A stretch of DNA of 64,000 nt. Origin: an uncultured Verrucomicrobiae bacterium. GTDB taxonomy: Bacteria > Verrucomicrobiota > Verrucomicrobiia > Chthoniobacterales > JAFAMB01. Location of the stretch: the NCBI GenBank assembly GCA_963813025.1, contig CAWEXO010000009.1:32001-96000 (forward strand), in the 5' to 3' direction. Within the stretch, counting starts at the first letter, position 1. The number at the start of each line of letters is the position of its first letter. The notes beneath the pieces were generated by a model. That model saw nothing but the letters and a program-made list of their open reading frames with translations. It had not been told where the DNA came from and did not search any database. Below are positions 10,731 to 20,775 of this stretch, in pieces. Made by a program: the position numbers and the translations under genes.

Positions 10731-10946
10731 GAGGCTTGTCGCGTGATCGGAGCGAGCCTGGCCCTCCGATTTGCGCTCCGGCGTTTTCCCGACAACCGCT
10801 TGATCTTCATCGACGCAAGAGACCTGCCAGCTAGCGCCGGTTCGGACGATTTTCCAAATGTCAGTGCGTGCCGAATCAAGCTGGTGGTGAAACCAATCTT
10901 GCTTCGTCGCTCTTGCAAAGGATCTCAGCTTATGCTTTTCGATTGC

Positions 10947-13076
10947 ATGCTTTTTCGTCTGACACCCACTACCTTCAGGCTGGTAGCCGGCCTATTTGTC
11001 TTCTTTAGCGCCAGCTTCACGAAAGCCGACGAGGGCATGTGGCTTTTTAACGCGCCACCGACAAAGGTGCTGCAGGACAAATATCACTTTACTCCCACCC
11101 CCGAATGGTTGGCACACCTTCAGAGAAGCTCGGTCCGCTTCAGTGACGGTGGCAGTGGCTCGTTTGTTTCACAGGATGGGTTGGTTATCACGAATCAGCA
11201 CGTCGGATCGGACGATCTCCAGAAGTTCAGCGACGCGACTCATAATTATATCCGGGATGGCTTTTTGGCGACCTCGCGCAGCGAAGAGAAACGCTGCTTT
11301 GATCTGGAACTCAATGTCCTGGAGTCGATCGAAGACGTTACCGCAAAGGTTAATGGAGCGATTAAACCGGGAATGACTCCCGAGCAAGCTTACCTTGCTC
11401 GCCGAAGCGTCATTGCCGAAATCGAGAAGAAATCGCAGGAACAAACTCGTCTGCGGAGCGACGTAGCTACGCTCTACGAGGGCGGGAGTTACCAGTTGTA
11501 CCAGTACAAAAGGTACACCGATGTGCGATTGGTTTTTGCTCCCGAGCAGCAGGCGGCCAATTATGGCGGTGATCCGGACAATTTCGAATATCCGCGTTAC
11601 GACCTGGATATCTGCTTTTTCCGAGTCTACGAAAATGGTCAACCGGTTCATGTCGACGACTATTTGAAAGTCAGCGCCACCGGTCCATCTGACGGCGACC
11701 TTATTTTTGTTAGCGGCCATCCGGGGAAGACGGACCGGCAGATCACGCTGGCACAGTTGACGGACACACGGGACCGTGTGCTACCCTATCTATTAAATAA
11801 AATGTATCGTCGGGAAGTGTTGCTGTCGGTCTTCGGTGAACGCTCATTGGAGAACTCGCGGCGAATCCGTGAAGATCTTTTTTTTGTCAAAAATAGCCGG
11901 AAGTTCTTGGATGGCGCGACGAGCGGACTTCTTGATCCGTTATTCTTCACCCAGCTTGAGGAGCAGCGCACAAGGCAGCGTACAGAGCTTGCGAAAGAAC
12001 CTCGTTTTCAACCTGCCGCAGAGGCCGAAGACCGCATTGCCGCAGCGCAGCGTGTCATTGCTGACAATGACAAGGATTTTAATCTCTATGAGAAGGGTCA
12101 CGGATTTACGAAGAAAGCCGACGCATTTGATAGCGACTTATTTTGGATTGCGCGAACGCTGGTGCGAGCGGCGGCCGAGCGTCCCAAACCGAACGGCGAA
12201 CGTCTGCCGGAATTTCAGGACTCCGCGCGTACTTCGTTGGAATTGGCGCTCTTTTCGGAAGCCCCGATTTACGATGACGTGGAAGCGCTTACCCTGGGCA
12301 GCTCGCTCATGAATTTCGCCGAGCAGCTCGGAGCGAGCGATCCGCGGGTCCAGTCGATGCTTGCCGGGAAAGCCCCGGACGAACGGGCATTTGAGCTCGT
12401 TGCCGGCACTAAACTCAAGGACGTCAATGTCCGGCGGCAGCTCTATGCGGACGGCGCCAGTGCGCTTCAGTCCTGTTCGGATCCGATGATTCAATTGGCC
12501 GAGCAGGTTGATGCTCCCGCGCGGGCAGTCCGAAAGACGATCGAGGAGCAAACTGAGATCCAGCAACAGGCTTACCAGGTAATTGGCCAGGCGCGTTTCG
12601 CTCTCCATGGTACCAACGACTATCCTGATGCGACTTTTACTTTGCGGCTCGCCTTCGGACAGGTCGCAGGTTACCAGGAGCAGGGCAAAACGATTCCCGC
12701 GTTGACAAATTTTGGCGGCCTTTACCAGCGCGCCGCGGAACACAAAAATCTCCCTCCATTTGACTTATCGGCGCGCTGGATCGAGCGCCGGTCCCAGTTG
12801 GATCCGACCACGCCTTTGAATTTTGTGAGTACGGCCGACATAACTGGTGGAAACAGTGGCAGTCCGGTAGTCAATCGCGCGGGTGAGTTTGTCGGCATAA
12901 TCTTCGATGGAAACCTGCAATCCTTGCGCTGGGATTATTCCTTTGATTCTCGTCAGGGCCGCGCCGTTGCGGTCGATTCGCGGGCCATCCTTGAGGCGCT
13001 CGAAAAAGTGTACGACGCGAACTCACTGGTCAGCGAGCTCACCTCGGGCAAGCAAGGGTTGCGCGCGAGTAATTAA
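10947..13076 (+). CDS. S46 family dipeptidyl peptidase
   Basis: Signal peptide then ADEGMW, GSGSFVS, TNQHV, YPDATFTLRL and catalytic DITGGNSGSPV. Confidence 0.93.
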   Translation: MLFRLTPTTFRLVAGLFVFFSASFTKADEGMWLFNAPPTKVLQDKYHFTPTPEWLAHLQRSSVRFSDGGSGSFVSQDGLVITNQHVGSDDLQKFSDATHNYIRDGFLATSRSEEKRCFDLELNVLESIEDVTAKVNGAIKPGMTPEQAYLARRSVIAEIEKKSQEQTRLRSDVATLYEGGSYQLYQYKRYTDVRLVFAPEQQAANYGGDPDNFEYPRYDLDICFFRVYENGQPVHVDDYLKVSATGPSDGDLIFVSGHPGKTDRQITLAQLTDTRDRVLPYLLNKMYRREVLLSVFGERSLENSRRIREDLFFVKNSRKFLDGATSGLLDPLFFTQLEEQRTRQRTELAKEPRFQPAAEAEDRIAAAQRVIADNDKDFNLYEKGHGFTKKADAFDSDLFWIARTLVRAAAERPKPNGERLPEFQDSARTSLELALFSEAPIYDDVEALTLGSSLMNFAEQLGASDPRVQSMLAGKAPDERAFELVAGTKLKDVNVRRQLYADGASALQSCSDPMIQLAEQVDAPARAVRKTIEEQTEIQQQAYQVIGQARFALHGTNDYPDATFTLRLAFGQVAGYQEQGKTIPALTNFGGLYQRAAEHKNLPPFDLSARWIERRSQLDPTTPLNFVSTADITGGNSGSPVVNRAGEFVGIIFDGNLQSLRWDYSFDSRQGRAVAVDSRAILEALEKVYDANSLVSELTSGKQGLRASN

Positions 13077-13103
13077 CTAGCGAGGCCGCGCCTCAGACCA
13101 ACG

Positions 13104-13439
13104 GTGGATTCGGCCGAGCATTTTCATCACAACGTCTATGTGATCGAGCTCAGTCGCCGGGTGTTGCAGCATCCCTCGATTCTCCAGCTCAACCCGAAAC
13201 GTGATCCCAAAAAACCGTGTGTTTACGTTGGTTTGACCGGGCTCCCGGTGGCGCACCGTTTTGAGAATCACAAAAACGGCTACAAGGCGGCTTGGGTAGT
13301 CGAAAAATACGGTGTTCGGCTGCTGCCGGAACTTTACGAATATCTGAACCCAATGCCTTACGAGGCGGCGGTTCAGATGGAAAAAGATCTCGCCGAGGAC
13401 CTTCGGGAACAAGGTTACACAGTCACCGGCGGAACCTGA
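13104..13439 (+). CDS. Small GIY-YIG-like protein
   Basis: Pattern VYVIEL...VYVGLTG...HRFENH...MEKDLA fits a minimal GIY-YIG domain. Confidence 0.65.
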   Translation: MDSAEHFHHNVYVIELSRRVLQHPSILQLNPKRDPKKPCVYVGLTGLPVAHRFENHKNGYKAAWVVEKYGVRLLPELYEYLNPMPYEAAVQMEKDLAEDLREQGYTVTGGT

Positions 13440-13466
13440 GCGCTTAAGCGGTTGTAATCTCTAGCA

Positions 13467-13572
13467 GTAGCGCCGACGGTCCCGTCGGTACTCCGGTGCG
13501 GGCCGACAGCCTGGGGTGAAGCGCATGGCCTCGTCGCGCCTCCTAGATTACCGACGAGGCCGTCGGCGCTAC
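13467..13572. repeat. REPIN-like doublet, REP family A
   Basis: Inverted REPs GTAGCGCCGACGGTCCCGTCGGTA / TACCGACGAGGCCGTCGGCGCTAC. Confidence 0.85.
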
Positions 13573-13656
13573 GGCCCTGGCCACCTAACGCGCTTATCGA
13601 GCTTCGAGATGCGCGTAGCGCGATGCTCACCCGCGAACTCCAGGCGTTAAAATTCC

Positions 13657-14301
13657 ATGCGGACCTCGAAACAAATGGTCGATCAGGAACTCTACCAGAC
13701 GCCTCGCATTCCGAACACAACCGATCTGGTTGACTTAAAGAAGGCGGCGCGCACCTGCCTGGCTTGTCCATTTGCCAAGAATGCGACTCAGACCGTCTTT
13801 GGCGAAGGCCCTGCTGATTCAACAGTGGTGCTTTTGGGTGAACAACCCGGTGATCAGGAGGATCGCGATGGACAGCCTTTTGTCGGACCTGCGGGAATGG
13901 TGCTCGACCGAGCGTTAGCGACGGCGGGTGTTGATCGTGCGAAATGCTACGTCACCAATGCGGTCAAGCATTTTAAGTGGGAGCCACGCGGTAAACGCCG
14001 GATTCACCAGAAGCCGACGGCGCGGGATATCGAGCAATGCCGTGGCTGGTTCGAGGCAGAGTTACGAGCGCTGAAGCCAAAAGTGCTCGTCTGTCTTGGA
14101 GCGACGGCGACGACGGCGGTGTTCGGGAAAACTATCCGAGTGATGAAAGACCGTGGACGATGGATTGCTTCGCGTTACGCCGAGCAGACGCTGGTGACCG
14201 TGCATCCGTCCTCAATTCTTCGCGCGCCGGACGAGGCCCAGCAGGAGAAAGCCTTCGATGGTTTTGTAGCAGATCTCCGACTCATTGCTGAAGTGGATTA
14301 A
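13657..14301 (+). CDS. udgX: UdgX-type uracil-DNA glycosylase
   Basis: CLAC Fe-S ligands, GEQPG, NAVKHFK, the diagnostic R-loop KRRIH, and HPSS. Start is 13657 or 13675. Confidence 0.88.
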   Translation: MRTSKQMVDQELYQTPRIPNTTDLVDLKKAARTCLACPFAKNATQTVFGEGPADSTVVLLGEQPGDQEDRDGQPFVGPAGMVLDRALATAGVDRAKCYVTNAVKHFKWEPRGKRRIHQKPTARDIEQCRGWFEAELRALKPKVLVCLGATATTAVFGKTIRVMKDRGRWIASRYAEQTLVTVHPSSILRAPDEAQQEKAFDGFVADLRLIAEVD

Positions 14302-14356
14302 GCCGATGGCCGATGGCCGATGACCGATGTCCTGAACCACTCACTGATTCCTTAGC

Positions 14357-15139
14357 TTACGGCAGCCCCCACGCTTTTCGACGTTTGGCAAGCTCCGGCT
14401 CGGGCAATTGCACGAGCAACGGTTGAGCTCTCGGATCGAGCCAGCGCAAGAGATGTTCCAGGTCGCCTTCACCCAAGGCGGTGCACCCGGTCGTGCCCCC
14501 ATGTGGGCCGGCCCAGACGTGAAGGAAAATGCAGGAACCTCGTGCGGGAATTTGCTGCCAGTTATGTTCCACCATCAATCCCCAATGATATTGTCCGCCA
14601 ACCCGAGCCATTCCCTCCGAATGAGACCAATCGGGCCGGTCAACGGTAGCTCGATCCACGATCCGGTTGTAGAACCGTGAACCTGGATCATCAACGGCCT
14701 CGGTGGTTGGAGTGACCTGTCGATAAGCTAGCCGGAGAAACCTGACTGCGCTTGGAGCCGCTTTGCCGAAGATTTCCGAAAACCGGAAAACACCGGCTGG
14801 AGACCGGCCATCGCCCTCCGTCTTTTGCGGCTGCCCGGAAACACCCGTTCCGTGAAGGCCGATTCCCCAGCCGAGCCCGTGCCAGCCAATAACAGCCGGC
14901 ATAGCGCCAGAACTCACTTGCCAGGAGCCGGACGATGGCCGCTCAAATAACTGAACGGTGGCATTCAGATCTCGCCAGGAGCGCGTTTTCACGAGGACCA
15001 GTTGTCGAGCTGAGCGCAGTTGGGGGACGATGTTGCTCACGTTCGCATTCGTCGGGGTAGGGACCATTGCTAGTGCTAGTGCTAGTGCCAGTGTCAGTTC
15101 ATTTAGGGAGCGCAGCAGGACTAGTACCGGCACTGTCAT
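14357..15139 (-). CDS. L,D-transpeptidase (YkuD-like) family protein
   Basis: KTEGDGRSPAGVF, GSCIFLHVW and TTGCTA (His/Cys catalytic motif). Start is ATG 15139 or 15067. Confidence 0.85.
   Translation of the reverse strand: MTVPVLVLLRSLNELTLALALALAMVPTPTNANVSNIVPQLRSARQLVLVKTRSWRDLNATVQLFERPSSGSWQVSSGAMPAVIGWHGLGWGIGLHGTGVSGQPQKTEGDGRSPAGVFRFSEIFGKAAPSAVRFLRLAYRQVTPTTEAVDDPGSRFYNRIVDRATVDRPDWSHSEGMARVGGQYHWGLMVEHNWQQIPARGSCIFLHVWAGPHGGTTGCTALGEGDLEHLLRWLDPRAQPLLVQLPEPELAKRRKAWGLP
15068..15098 (-). repeat. Hexamer microsatellite (GCACTA/G family)
   Basis: TGCTAGTGCTAGTGCTAGTGCCAGTGTCAGT on the + strand. Confidence 0.85.
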
Positions 15140-15192
15140 CCCGTTTACAGACGCGATTTTTCTGCCTACCTTACGCGCTCGACTCATCCCGA

Positions 15193-16557
15193 ATGGCCAA
15201 GATTTACCTGAAAACGTACGGTTGCCAGATGAATGAGCGCGATTCTGAGCAAGTCGCGCGCTCATTGGTGGCTCGGGGGCACGTTCTCACCAAGGACGAA
15301 ACGGAGGCCGAGGTTGTGCTGCTGAACACCTGCAGCGTGCGGGACCTTGCTGAGCAAAAGGCTCTCGGAAAAATGGGTATGCTTGGCGCACTGTCGCGCC
15401 GGAGATCGGTCGTTTACGGTTTTCTCGGTTGCATGGCGCAAAGCCGGGGCGCTTCCCTTTTCCAGGATACCCCACATCTGGATCTGGTCGTCGGTACCCA
15501 GAAATTTCATCGGGTTGCTGAATATGTCGAAGAAGCGCTCGCCCGGAAAGCGGCGGGACTGATGGACGATGTCCGCTGCTCGATTGTTGATATTGCCGAA
15601 GAGCGCGATTCCCAAAGCACCATTCGTGAACATCTCCTGGTTGATCGCCAGGTCACCGCCTTTGTTTCCATCATGCAGGGCTGCAACATGCGCTGCACTT
15701 TTTGCATCGTCCCGTCGACCCGCGGCGAGGAACGAGCGCGCTCGATCGGCGACGTGGTGACAGAGATCAAGGAACTGGTCGATCGCGGAGTTCGCGAAGT
15801 GACTTTGCTCGGCCAGATCGTGAATCTCTATGCTCGGCACGAACTCCCGCGATTGCAGGGAAAAAGCCCCTTCGTGCAACTGCTCGAGGCCATCCAGGAA
15901 ATTGACGGAATCGAGAGGATTCGGTTTACTTCGCCTCACCCGATCGGCTTTAAGAGCGAACTCATTGAGGCTTTCACCCGGCTGTCTAAGTTGGTAGAGC
16001 ACATTCATCTGCCGTTGCAGTCCGGTTCTGACCGGATCCTCAAGGCTATGCGACGCACGTACACGGCGGCAAAGTATCTCGAGCTAGTCGATCGGATACG
16101 GTTCGCCGCTCCGCGGATGGCAATCACGACCGATCTGATCGTCGGGTTTCCCGGCGAAACAGAAAGCGACTACGAAGCGACCCGCACGATCGTCGATCAG
16201 GTAGGGTTTGATAACGCTTTTGTTTTTAAATACTCGAAACGCAAAGACACGCCGGCGGCGCTTATGCCCGATCAGGTCCCCGAAAACGTGAAAGAAGCGC
16301 GGAATCATGATCTGCTGGACCTGGTGAATACCTGGGCCAAGCGTCGCGCCCAGCGGTTCGTCGGGCAAACCGTTGAGATCTTGTGTGAAGGCCCCAGCAA
16401 AACAAACCCGCATCGGTTGACGGGTCGAACGCGTGGAAACAAGGTCGTCGTGTTTGCGGGGCTGCCGGAACACGTCGGAGAACTGGTCCAGGTCCATATC
16501 ACTGAATCAACCGGATACGCCCTCTATGGACAGCCCGTGTCGCTGTCCGCCCCTTGA
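15193..16557 (+). CDS. miaB: tRNA (i6A37) methylthiotransferase
   Basis: KTYGCQMNERDSE, NTCSVR, radical SAM motif GCNMRCTFC and C-terminal TRAM domain. Confidence 0.95.
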   Translation: MAKIYLKTYGCQMNERDSEQVARSLVARGHVLTKDETEAEVVLLNTCSVRDLAEQKALGKMGMLGALSRRRSVVYGFLGCMAQSRGASLFQDTPHLDLVVGTQKFHRVAEYVEEALARKAAGLMDDVRCSIVDIAEERDSQSTIREHLLVDRQVTAFVSIMQGCNMRCTFCIVPSTRGEERARSIGDVVTEIKELVDRGVREVTLLGQIVNLYARHELPRLQGKSPFVQLLEAIQEIDGIERIRFTSPHPIGFKSELIEAFTRLSKLVEHIHLPLQSGSDRILKAMRRTYTAAKYLELVDRIRFAAPRMAITTDLIVGFPGETESDYEATRTIVDQVGFDNAFVFKYSKRKDTPAALMPDQVPENVKEARNHDLLDLVNTWAKRRAQRFVGQTVEILCEGPSKTNPHRLTGRTRGNKVVVFAGLPEHVGELVQVHITESTGYALYGQPVSLSAP

Positions 16558-16561
16558 ACGC

Positions 16562-17137
16562 ATGGAATATCCGCCTCGTATCTATCATTTCAGTTTGCAG
16601 GCAGTCGGCTTGGTCGTCGGCCTTTTCCTGATCGCAACCCATCTGTATGGCTTGCTGCAGCCAAAAGCGACCCAACGCTGGTTGCTCAGTGTGCCGCGCT
16701 CAGCGACTTTTGGCCGTGTGTTGTTCGCCGTCGATGCGGTCTGGTGTTTTTGGCTGGCTTCGACCATGGACCTCGGAGAGTTCGCCGCATTCCGGAGCTG
16801 GATCTTGATTGCCATCCCGGCGCTGGCCGTGATGACGCTGCTGTTTGTTGACGAATTTCTTTCGGCTCGAGCCCTGGGCATCTTTGCTTTACTGGTTGCC
16901 GAGCCGATTCTCTCGGCGGCCTTCTTAAAACCACAGCTGGCCCGGCTTCTCTTGGTCATTCTGGCTTATTGCTGGCTCACGATCGGAATGTTCTGGGTCG
17001 GAAAGCCCTATTTGTTGCGCGACCAGATCACCTGGGTTACCCGAAGCGCGCTCCGCTGGCGAGTGCTTGCGCTTGGCGGCGTCCTCTACGGCGCGGTGGT
17101 GCTCGTCTGTGCGTTCACGGTTTTTAGCCAGGGGTAG
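16562..17137 (+). CDS. Hypothetical membrane protein
   Basis: 5-6 hydrophobic segments; ATG 4 nt after the miaB stop. Confidence 0.75.
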   Translation: MEYPPRIYHFSLQAVGLVVGLFLIATHLYGLLQPKATQRWLLSVPRSATFGRVLFAVDAVWCFWLASTMDLGEFAAFRSWILIAIPALAVMTLLFVDEFLSARALGIFALLVAEPILSAAFLKPQLARLLLVILAYCWLTIGMFWVGKPYLLRDQITWVTRSALRWRVLALGGVLYGAVVLVCAFTVFSQG

Positions 17138-17203
17138 ACAGGTGAAGAATTGTTTGCGCCAAGATTTAGAGCTTCGCTCTCAATATCAGTGGTTTTTGGG
17201 TCG

Positions 17204-17330
17204 GTAGGGCGATCCGCCTTTGCGGATGAGCCTTCGGCCCGACTCGTTTTGAGCCGGACGCTGGAGTTGCCACCTCCAGCGCCCGGCTCAAACAAGTTCT
17301 CGCCAAGGCTCGAATAAATTTTCGCCCTAC
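17204..17330. repeat. REPIN-like element, REP family C (unoccupied IS110-A target)
   Basis: GTAGGGCGA...TCGCCCTAC termini with internal palindrome TTTGAGCCGGACGCTGGAG/CTCCAGCGCCCGGCTCAAA. Homologous to 35078-35090 joined to 37148-37258. Confidence 0.9.
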
Positions 17331-17387
17331 CGGCACAGCTCCGACACCAAGTTTCTGGGCCGATATTTCTGTTGGGTCTTAGGTGCT

Positions 17388-18515
17388 TCAGATTTCCAGT
17401 TCCTTGGGGAAGCTGGAGAGGACGCGAAACCCACTTTCGGCCACTACGCCGTCATCCTCCTGTCGAACCCCTCCCACACCCGGTAGATAGAGCCCAGGCT
17501 CAACCGTGAGTGCCTGACCTTTTTTGAATTCTGTCATCGCAATTCTGGGTAGCTCATGGAGATCCAGACCCAATCCGTGTCCAAGCCCGTGAAAAAAACC
17601 GGTCCAGCGACCGTTCCGGATCTCGGTCGGATAACCAACGTCCCGGAAAAACGTGGAAACCTTTTCTTGCAGTTCTTTGCCCGACTGACCGATACGGATC
17701 CCGTCCAACGCAAGCTTTTGTCCCTCCCAAACAGTGTGCCACAGTTTGCGTTGCGCCTCGCTCGCCCGACCGCGAACAACGGTGCGGGTAAGATCGCCAT
17801 AATAGCCGGTCTTCGGATCTCGCGGAAAAATATCCAGGAGGATCAGTGAGTTAGCGCGAAGCGGCCCGCTGCCTCGCTCGTGAGGATCACACGCCTGGTT
17901 GCCGCCAGCCACAATCGTGTCCGCCGGCTCCCCGCCGGCGCGGAGAATAGCTGTGTCGATTTCCGTCCGAAGAATTTCTGAGGTCAATCGTTTGCCAGAC
18001 CAGCTCAGTTGTCGTCCAGGCCAGATTAAACAGGCCCGCAGCACCTCAAGCCCTCGGGCCAAACCGATTTCCGTTATTCGGATGGCGTGTTGGATTGACC
18101 GAATCTCTTCGACCGACTTGGACTCGCGTTCGGGCCAGAATAAACCGTCGACCGGGGTCAGCTGAACACCCGCATCCGCGAGCTGGCGAGCCAAACCCAG
18201 CGGAAAATTTTCTGGCACAAGCGCGTTTTTCACCCGGCGCTTGCGCAGAAAAACTGTGAGAATCTGGCCAATCGATGGTTTCTTTTTCAGCCGCTCCTCG
18301 AGCGGTTTCTCCAGAGTGTCGAGCGCGACCACCTCGTCAACGGCCGCCTCCCGCCGTCCACGATCAACCTCCAGCTTACTCAGAATGATCGTCCGTCGCC
18401 CATTCTGTTGCAGGAAGACGAAAGGATCAGGCACCGAGATTTTCGTGACATAGAACATATCAGCCGATTCGTTGCTTGCGGCATAAATCAGGCGGGGCGG
18501 AGGGTTGGCAGGCAT
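17388..18515 (-). CDS. M24 family Xaa-Pro peptidase
   Basis: DPHE, LDIFP, YYGDLTRT, HGLGHGLGLDLHE, TVEPGLY and GVRQED metal-ligand motifs. Confidence 0.92.
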   Translation of the reverse strand: MPANPPPRLIYAASNESADMFYVTKISVPDPFVFLQQNGRRTIILSKLEVDRGRREAAVDEVVALDTLEKPLEERLKKKPSIGQILTVFLRKRRVKNALVPENFPLGLARQLADAGVQLTPVDGLFWPERESKSVEEIRSIQHAIRITEIGLARGLEVLRACLIWPGRQLSWSGKRLTSEILRTEIDTAILRAGGEPADTIVAGGNQACDPHERGSGPLRANSLILLDIFPRDPKTGYYGDLTRTVVRGRASEAQRKLWHTVWEGQKLALDGIRIGQSGKELQEKVSTFFRDVGYPTEIRNGRWTGFFHGLGHGLGLDLHELPRIAMTEFKKGQALTVEPGLYLPGVGGVRQEDDGVVAESGFRVLSSFPKELEI

Positions 18516-18526
18516 GGATTTTGAGA

Positions 18527-18565
18527 GTCAGTGATAGTGCCAGTGTCAGTGATAGTGAGTGCCAG
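18527..18565 (-). repeat. Degenerate hexamer microsatellite (GCACTA/G family)
   Basis: GTCAGTGATAGTGCCAGTGTCAGTGATAGTGAGTGCCAG. Confidence 0.75.
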
Positions 18566-18636
18566 GGCGGAGTTCAAGGAGTTCAACAACCTCTGTTTGG
18601 TCAAAGAACCAGCTTGTCTCGCAACATCCAAGGCCG

Positions 18637-18771
18637 GTAGGCGGCAGCTTGCGATCTGGACGAGCAGGCCGCCTTCGCAAGGCTACGGCGGGCCCTCCGG
18701 TCAGGTGTTTGTGCCATTCCATATCCGGGGCCGCGATGGAGGCTTGTCCCTAGTCGGGAGCTCATCTCTAC
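18637..18771. repeat. REPIN-like element, REP family B
   Basis: GTAG...GTCGGGAGCTCATCTCTAC. The interior aligns by eye with 41798-41962 (shared CCTCCGGTCA, CATTCCATATCCGGG, GGCTTGTCC). Confidence 0.8.
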
Positions 18772-18843
18772 CGCAGCCCGTCGTTATGGCGCCAGCGCTC
18801 TTTTCTGCTTCCTGAGCATCCCACTCCGCGCTAAACGGATATC

Positions 18844-19638
18844 ATGAACCTTGGTTTGAAAGATAAAGTGGCGGTAATCACCGGGGGCGGTGTTGGCATT
18901 GGACTAGCCGTGGCGGAAGCCCTCGCGGCCGAAGGTGTTCATCTCGTGTTAGTCGCCCGAACCGCGGATCGCGTTTCTGAGCAGGCAAGCCGGCTGGCCA
19001 AGCAATTTGGCGTGCAGTCGCTGAGCGTGGCCGCCGACGTATCAAGAGTCGAGGACATCGATCGCCTCGTCGCTGAAACGATTAGGCAATTCGGGAGCGG
19101 CATCGACATCCTGATCAATAACGCGGGCACGGGAAGCAACGAAACGGTCATGGAAGCGCCTGACTCAAAATGGCAGTACTATTGGGATCTGCATGTGATG
19201 GCCGCAGTTCGTCTGGCGCGTGGTCTGGTACCGGCGATGCGCCGTCGCGGAGGCGGAGTGATCCTGCACAACGCATCGATCTGCGCCGTCCAACCGCTGT
19301 GGTATGAACCGATCTATAATGTGACCAAGGCAGCATTAATGATGTTTTCAAAGACGCTGGCAAACGAGCTAATCAAAGAGAATATCCGGGTGAACTGTAT
19401 TAATCCGGGTTTGATTTTGACTCCGGACTGGATCAAGACGGCAAAACAGCTTACGGCCGACAAGGGAGGTGATTGGGAAGGGTATCTTGCTTCCGTCGCC
19501 CGCGAGCATGCGCCGATCGATCGATTCGGCACACCCGAGGAACTTGCCAATTTCTTTGTTTTTCTTTGTTCCAGCCGGGCCAGCTACTCGGTTGGCTCGA
19601 CCTACTTCGTGGACGGCGGAATGTTGAAGGTGGTCTGA
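18844..19638 (+). CDS. SDR family oxidoreductase
   Basis: TGGGVGIG, NNAG, catalytic YNVTK and VDGG. Confidence 0.93.
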   Translation: MNLGLKDKVAVITGGGVGIGLAVAEALAAEGVHLVLVARTADRVSEQASRLAKQFGVQSLSVAADVSRVEDIDRLVAETIRQFGSGIDILINNAGTGSNETVMEAPDSKWQYYWDLHVMAAVRLARGLVPAMRRRGGGVILHNASICAVQPLWYEPIYNVTKAALMMFSKTLANELIKENIRVNCINPGLILTPDWIKTAKQLTADKGGDWEGYLASVAREHAPIDRFGTPEELANFFVFLCSSRASYSVGSTYFVDGGMLKVV

Positions 19639-19639
19639 G

Positions 19640-19756
19640 GAAAGCGGAGGGAGCGGCGGGAGCGGGTTCAGCGGACGGAGGTAGCGCATGAGCTGGGAAG
19701 CTGAAAGCAGGTCCTACCTCAAAGTTGCGAACTGTTCGTTAACAAGCTACTTCCCT
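19640..19756. repeat. G-rich repeat element (family E), right arm truncated
   Basis: GAAAGCGGAGGGAGCGGCGGGAGCGGGTTCAGCGG..GTAGCGCA matches the arms at 47671-47704 and (reverse) 47791-47860. Confidence 0.7.
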
Positions 19757-20406
19757 GGGCTACGCAAAAGCCAAGCTTTTTGGCCCTCTAGGAATCAGCG
19801 ATGTGTCCTGGCGGCACGATCCTCAGGGAATTTCGGTCGGGGGGTTCGGATTGTACTTGGAGCCTCGCGACATGGCTAAGATTGGCTATCTGTACCTGCG
19901 CAATGGCGCGTGGGAAGGTAAGCAACTGCTTCCGCCCGCTTGGATTGATAAGGTGACCCACGCCACGATTGATATGCACGTCCCTGGGGAGACGGAACCT
20001 CCCCTGTATTCCAACCTTTTCTGGGTTCTCCCGGAGAAACACGTCTACTTGGCAAACGGGGCCTATGGGCAGAGAATCATGGTCTTTCCCGATTTGGACG
20101 TTGTGGCGGCAACGACGGGCCGGGATTTTTGCTCACTGAGCGAATTGGTCGACTATATTTCCAGCTCGGTGAAATCGGACACGGCGCTCCCTGCTGACGC
20201 AGCCGGCGCGACTCTGCTCGCAAACAAAATACGCGCTGTCTCCATCGAGAAGCCGACGGACGTCGGACCGCAACCGAAGATGGCGGCGAACATCTCAGGA
20301 AAGGTCTATAGATTTCCTCCTAACGAAATAAACGTGAAGTCGCTGTCTCTCACCTTGGCCGATCCGCAGCCACATTACGAGCTAGCTAAAGCCTGTTGCG
20401 AAATGG

Positions 20407-20775
20407 TTAAATTTTTTTCGCCTTGGTCGCGATGAGTCGCTCCTTGTTTAAGGAGGCAAGTTCGCGCAAACGATCCTGAAGTTGAGACCAAGCGTCGACT
20501 CCCAGCCGGATTTGAGCCTCTAGAGGGTGGGGAACATAGTAGCCGGTGGTTTTTCCGGTCTTTCCGCGATAGCTGATATATAAATGTGGACCGTGTTTAG
20601 GGCCGCCATGGTGGCAGCGGCAGTCTGGATTTCCACATCGGCGATAAGTCTCAGATAACGATCCGTAAATGGCCGCCTGTGCCAATTGCCTGATCTGCCT
20701 GAGCAGTTGCAGCCGGGCAGCCGAAGCTTGGTTTTTGGTCGTTGGCATCGCTTCACCCACTACGACAGCGCTCAT
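20407..20775 (-). CDS. DUF6788-like Cys/His accessory protein of the IS
   Basis: GSLSETYRRCGNPDCRCHHGGPKHGPHLY motif; lies inside the IS directly after the transposase. Confidence 0.75.
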   Translation of the reverse strand: MSAVVVGEAMPTTKNQASAARLQLLRQIRQLAQAAIYGSLSETYRRCGNPDCRCHHGGPKHGPHLYISYRGKTGKTTGYYVPHPLEAQIRLGVDAWSQLQDRLRELASLNKERLIATKAKKI

